Shown one piece after another: positions 53,216-57,082 of a DNA stretch of 57,082 bases (the first letter of the stretch is position 1; the number at the start of each line of letters is the position of its first letter). Location: the NCBI GenBank assembly GCA_002269645.1, contig NIVC01002401.1:1-57082 (forward strand), in the 5' to 3' direction. The DNA comes from Macrostomum lignano. Lineage: Eukaryota. The notes below the pieces were generated by a model that saw only the letters and a program-made list of their open reading frames with translations, was not told the origin of the DNA and did no database searches. Position numbers and translations under genes: made by a program.

Positions 53216-55871
53216 TCAGTCGCTGGAGGAGACCACCTGGCTGCGCCGGATCTCGTGCTTCTTGGCCCTGGCCAGCTTGTCCACGTAGGTGCTCACGAAC
53301 TCCCGAGTCTTGTCCGGCTGCACGTCCTGCGCGTTGCTGCGCGAGATCTGCAAGATAAGTGAGTGAGTGAGTGAGTGGTGAGTGAGTGAGTGAGTGAGTG
53401 AGTGGAGTGAGTGAGTGAGTGAGTGAGTAGTGAGTGAGTGTGAGTGTGAGTGAGTAAGTGAGTGAGTGACGAGTGATGAGTGAGTGAGTGACTAAAGTGA
53501 AGTGAGTGAAGTGAGTGAGTGAATTACGGTGAGTGAGTGAGAGTCATAGTGAGATGAGTCGTAGAGTTGAGTTGAGTTCGATTAAGCTGGTCTTGAGTGG
53601 TTACGAGCGTAAGTGAGTGACAGTTTTTCGCAATGAGGAATGTTTAAATAAAATTCCGCCGCGTGAGCTGTTACTTTCAGTAACTGATCTCGGAATGAAT
53701 TCATAAAGTAACCGAAACAGGAAGTGAGTGAGTGAATGAGTGAGTGAGAGTGAAATGGAAAACTCAGAGTCGCACCTTTGTGACGGCCTTGAGTGAGTAA
53801 GAATCTGAGTTTATAGTCGTTCTTGTCAATCTGCCTGGAGTGTACAGCGGCCGCAGCGTCAGCTTGACCTCGGCGGCGATTCGCTCCTGCCAGTCGGCCT
53901 TGTTGGCGAACTGGTCGCGCCGCGTCTTCGCTAGCAGCGCCGCCAGCTTCGGTCCGACGGGTCCGCCGCTGCCATGCGTCAGCGGCACCGCCGCGAGGCT
54001 GCCGGCCGCCTTGGAGCCGCCGCCGGGTTTGCCGCCAGCCGCGTGCCCTGTGGGTTGGCCGCTGCGCTTGGCCTGCATCTGCTCGGGCGTGGGCATCGGT
54101 GGCAGATTGAAGCGAACCGGCTCAGCTGGGGGCGGAGGCTGCGGGGCCTCCAGCTGGGGCATCGCCTGCTTCGGCGGGGACGGCTGCTGCTGCGGGGGAG
54201 GCGGCGGCGGTGGCGGCTGCTGCTTCTTGAGAATGTTGCTGAGAATGTTGGAAGCCGTTGAGGACAGCAGCTGCTGGATGTGCTGGATGGAGGAGTCCTG
54301 GCTCGCCGGCTGCTGTTGCTGCTGCTTGTCGGAGGCGCTGGAGGCCGCGGCGGAAGTGGTCGGCGTAGGGATGCCGGCCTGCATGGCAAGCGTGTCCATC
54401 AGGCTCGACGGGAACTGCGACGGCGGCGGCGGCGGTGGAGGACGTTGCTGCTGCTGAGACGAATGCGGCGGCGGGGCGGCGGCGGCGGGGGCGGCGGCGG
54501 CGGCCGTTGCTGCTGCTGAGACGAATGCGGCGGAGGGGGCGGCGGCGGGGCTGGTGGTGCGGCATGCCAGGAGGCGGGGTGGAGAAGCGGGACGGCATGC
54601 CCGGCAGGTGGTGCAGCGGCGGCGGCGGCTGGCCGGGCCGAAATGCGGCAAAGTTAGGAACGCCGAACTGCGAGTGCGGAGGCGGTGGCCGGGAGGGCGG
54701 CATCCCCGACTGCGACATCGGCGGCATGGGCGGCGGCGGGTTCTGGAAGCCGGCAACGGGCCCGGATTGCAGCAGCATCGGCGGCCGAACCCCGAACCCG
54801 AGAGCGCCGCTGAATCCGGGGGGCACTGAAGTCACCGGAGTCGGCGCAGTAGACGGTGCGGGGGCGGCTGCTGCTGAGTCCGCGGCGGACCTCGGGCCGC
54901 CATGTCGGCCTCCCGGAGAAGCTGGGCAGCGATTTCAGCGGACGGCTCGAGGCCGTTGTGGATGACACGGCCGCGGGACGCTTCTGGCGACCACCGTCTG
55001 TGGCGGCCGCTCCGCTCGTCCCGAACCGGCGTCCGCTCGCGATCGTCCGCCTGCGGCTGCTTGGCCGGCGTCCCCGAGCGGGACTTGGAGCGGGAATGCC
55101 GCCTGCGGCTGCGGCGGTGCCGGTCCCCGTCTCTGTCCCGATCTCTGATTTGGTCCCGGTCCGAGACCTGTCCTTGGACTTGTCCCGGGATCGATCCTCG
55201 CGGACGGCGGGACTCCGCGACCTCGGAGGCGACCTGTTGCGCCGCCGGCCGCTACTGCGATGCTTCGAGTGCGATCTGGAGTGCCGGCGATGCTGGTGGC
55301 GCCGATCTTTGGCGCTATCAGGCGCGCCGGCGTCGGCGCCGTTGTTTACAGCGGAGGCGTCGGCCTCCCCATCCGCATTGGAGGCTGTGGCGGTGCCATA
55401 TTTTTCCTTGTCGTCAGCAGCATCCCGAGACGAGCGGCGCCGATCGCGCGAGCGCCTGCGCCGTTGTTGGCGGCGCCTGTCGGAGTCGCCTTCGGCGTCG
55501 GCGGCATCTCGGCGATCGCGCCGCCGACTGCCGCCGCGACTGCCCCTGGAGCGCGAGCGGGACCGACGATGGTGACGACTTCCGCTGCGGTGACGGCGCC
55601 GTTTGCGACTGTCGCCCCCGCCGCCGCCGCCTCCGTCGCTGGCGTTCGCGGCTCCCACAGCGTCTGGGTCGGCCGGCTTCTGCTCGCTTGGTTTTGCAGC
55701 GATGGCCGGGTCGGCCTGCGGCGATGCGCCATCGGGCTGGGGCTGCTGCTGGAGATCCGCCACTTCCTGCGCCAACTGGGACGCCTTCGCCGGCTCCCCA
55801 GCCTCCTCCGCCACTTCATCAGTGGGGTGACTGGGGCTGTAGTCAGAGGACTCGTTGGCCAGCAAGTGCAA
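53216..55871 (-). CDS. 3' part of an SR-related CTD-associated factor (SCAF11/PHRF1/SCAF1-like); large exon ~55870-53776 with apparent frameshifts, last exon 53347-53216
   Basis: DYSPSHPT, RS/RD-rich tract, Pro/Gln-rich tract, then WQERIAAEVKLTLRPLY...KAVTK|ISRSNAQDVQPDKTREFVSTYVDKL, matching the SCAF11/PHRF1 C-terminal Pol II CTD-binding domain. The 5' exons are not found in the window. Confidence 0.75.
53357..53755. repeat. Degenerate (GAGT)n microsatellite in the last intron of the SCAF11-like gene
   Basis: GTGAGTGAGT runs at 53357-53540 and 53724-53755. Confidence 0.9.
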
Positions 55872-55879
55872 ATAAATTT

Positions 55880-57082
55880 TTGCATAAACTGTTAATGAAA
55901 GGTGTGGAGCATTTCAGATCTATTCAAAATTTACAGATTTAAAAGTCAGAAGCAGTCTTCTTATAAAACTTTTTTTGGCAGATGAAGATTTTTAATTGCA
56001 ATTTTTCAAGCAATAAAAAACTTATTATTGCTACTCTTTTGAGATTTATTATCAATAATGAATACAATGGTGAATATAGGTGTTTGTCAATTAAGGCTCA
56101 AAGTGATGCTCATATGAAGCAAAAAATATTTTAGTTCATTAAAGTTCATAAGTAAGTTGTTACATTTGCATGATTATTATTGTAAACAAAGAGATTAATT
56201 AGGCACTTATATAGGTTATATTGTATTTGTAATGCTGTAATTTCTTACAAGACATACTTTTGTTCTTTCCTTGCATCTTTGGACTCTTTGGCATAGTTAC
56301 TAGTGTTAAATATGAATTCTTTATTGGCAAAACAATTATCAATGTAACTTTTTTAAGTTGCTAATGCAAGAAAGCTCAATGGCAGTTTTATTAATGTTAA
56401 TGAAAAATAGAGGTCCAGAAGACAGGATTGAAGTTATTAGGCAGGATGATAATTGGGATTTTTTTCTTAGGTTTGGGATTGGGATCAGGATTTGGGAATC
56501 AGGATCAGGTTTTTTAGTGTATCATAGTCCATAGGTCTATATTAAGTTATAGAGAAGAGATGTACAATTAGATATAGACAAAAATATTAGCTACGAGTAT
56601 TAAAGTAGATAGGCATAGCTAGACCTACATAACAAATACAAGTTAAAACAAAATGCATTCAATTACTCACTAATTCTACAAATCTTGAATCAAAATACTT
56701 ATTTTTGATTCCTAATAAATCAAATTTTTAAAGATTGAATTTTTTCCTTATTTTGTAATTAAGGATTTTTTTGGAATCTATTTAATTTTTTTGGTTTTTT
56801 TATTTTTGTTTGTTAAACCCACAATTTTTATTGGATTCTGAGAATTTTATATTTGTAGGGTTAGGATCTAAACTTGTGGGAAATTAATTTTCCTTGGATC
56901 CAAGACTTTTTAGATTAGGATCTTGTCTAATCTCTATTAAAAATCTTAATACTTATTAATGCTTACTAATAGGTTAATGTTTTTAATAGACTAGTGCCCA
57001 ACACTGATTAGGCTATAAAAATACTATAAATTTTAAATAAGCAAAATATCTAAATTAAAGTGTTTTGGATTTTGATGTAGCT
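55880..57082. other. AT-rich, CpG-poor block (probably intronic)
   Basis: One CpG seen by eye (56594) in about 1.2 kb; decayed GGATC(C)-type motifs at 56460-56510 and 56760-56925. Confidence 0.6.

Noticed and set aside
53840-55942. Plus-strand Gly/Arg/Cys-rich ORFs
   Set aside because: Antisense shadows of the low-complexity, GC-rich SCAF11-like exon.

Overview
Eukaryotic (animal) genomic DNA with GT-AG introns, GC-rich exons, many minisatellites and sharply bounded AT-rich blocks. The style suggests a free-living flatworm such as Macrostomum; this is inference only. Twelve gene models and two low-confidence coding fragments were reconstructed by hand: a secreted multi-domain F-type lectin, ENPP4/5-like, a PAN/apple plus C-type lectin, two MATE (SLC47A) paralogues, CCDC61, a quiver/sleepless-like Ly6 protein, an F-box protein, a DUF4587 (C21orf58-like) protein, a PHOSPHO-like HAD pseudo-enzyme and the 3' part of a SCAF11/PHRF1-like gene, plus a ROCO/COR-like relic and an orphan exon. 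Mobile elements are a decayed Ngaro/DIRS tyrosine-recombinase retrotransposon, a 2.7 kb solo-LTR-like element with an AAAG target duplication, and two MITE-like elements. The most striking system is the lectin at 1105-11480. It has one signal-peptide exon and ten lectin-domain exons, nine of them symmetric phase-1 cassettes, with a non-canonical H-x26-R-x-C-x3-C binding loop. The array was expanded by a ~3 kb tandem duplication with the retrotransposon exactly at the junction, and it has been reshuffled by exon fusion and copy-specific homogenisation. Splice sites, families and counts were read by eye with no database searches; several frameshifts may be long-read consensus errors.
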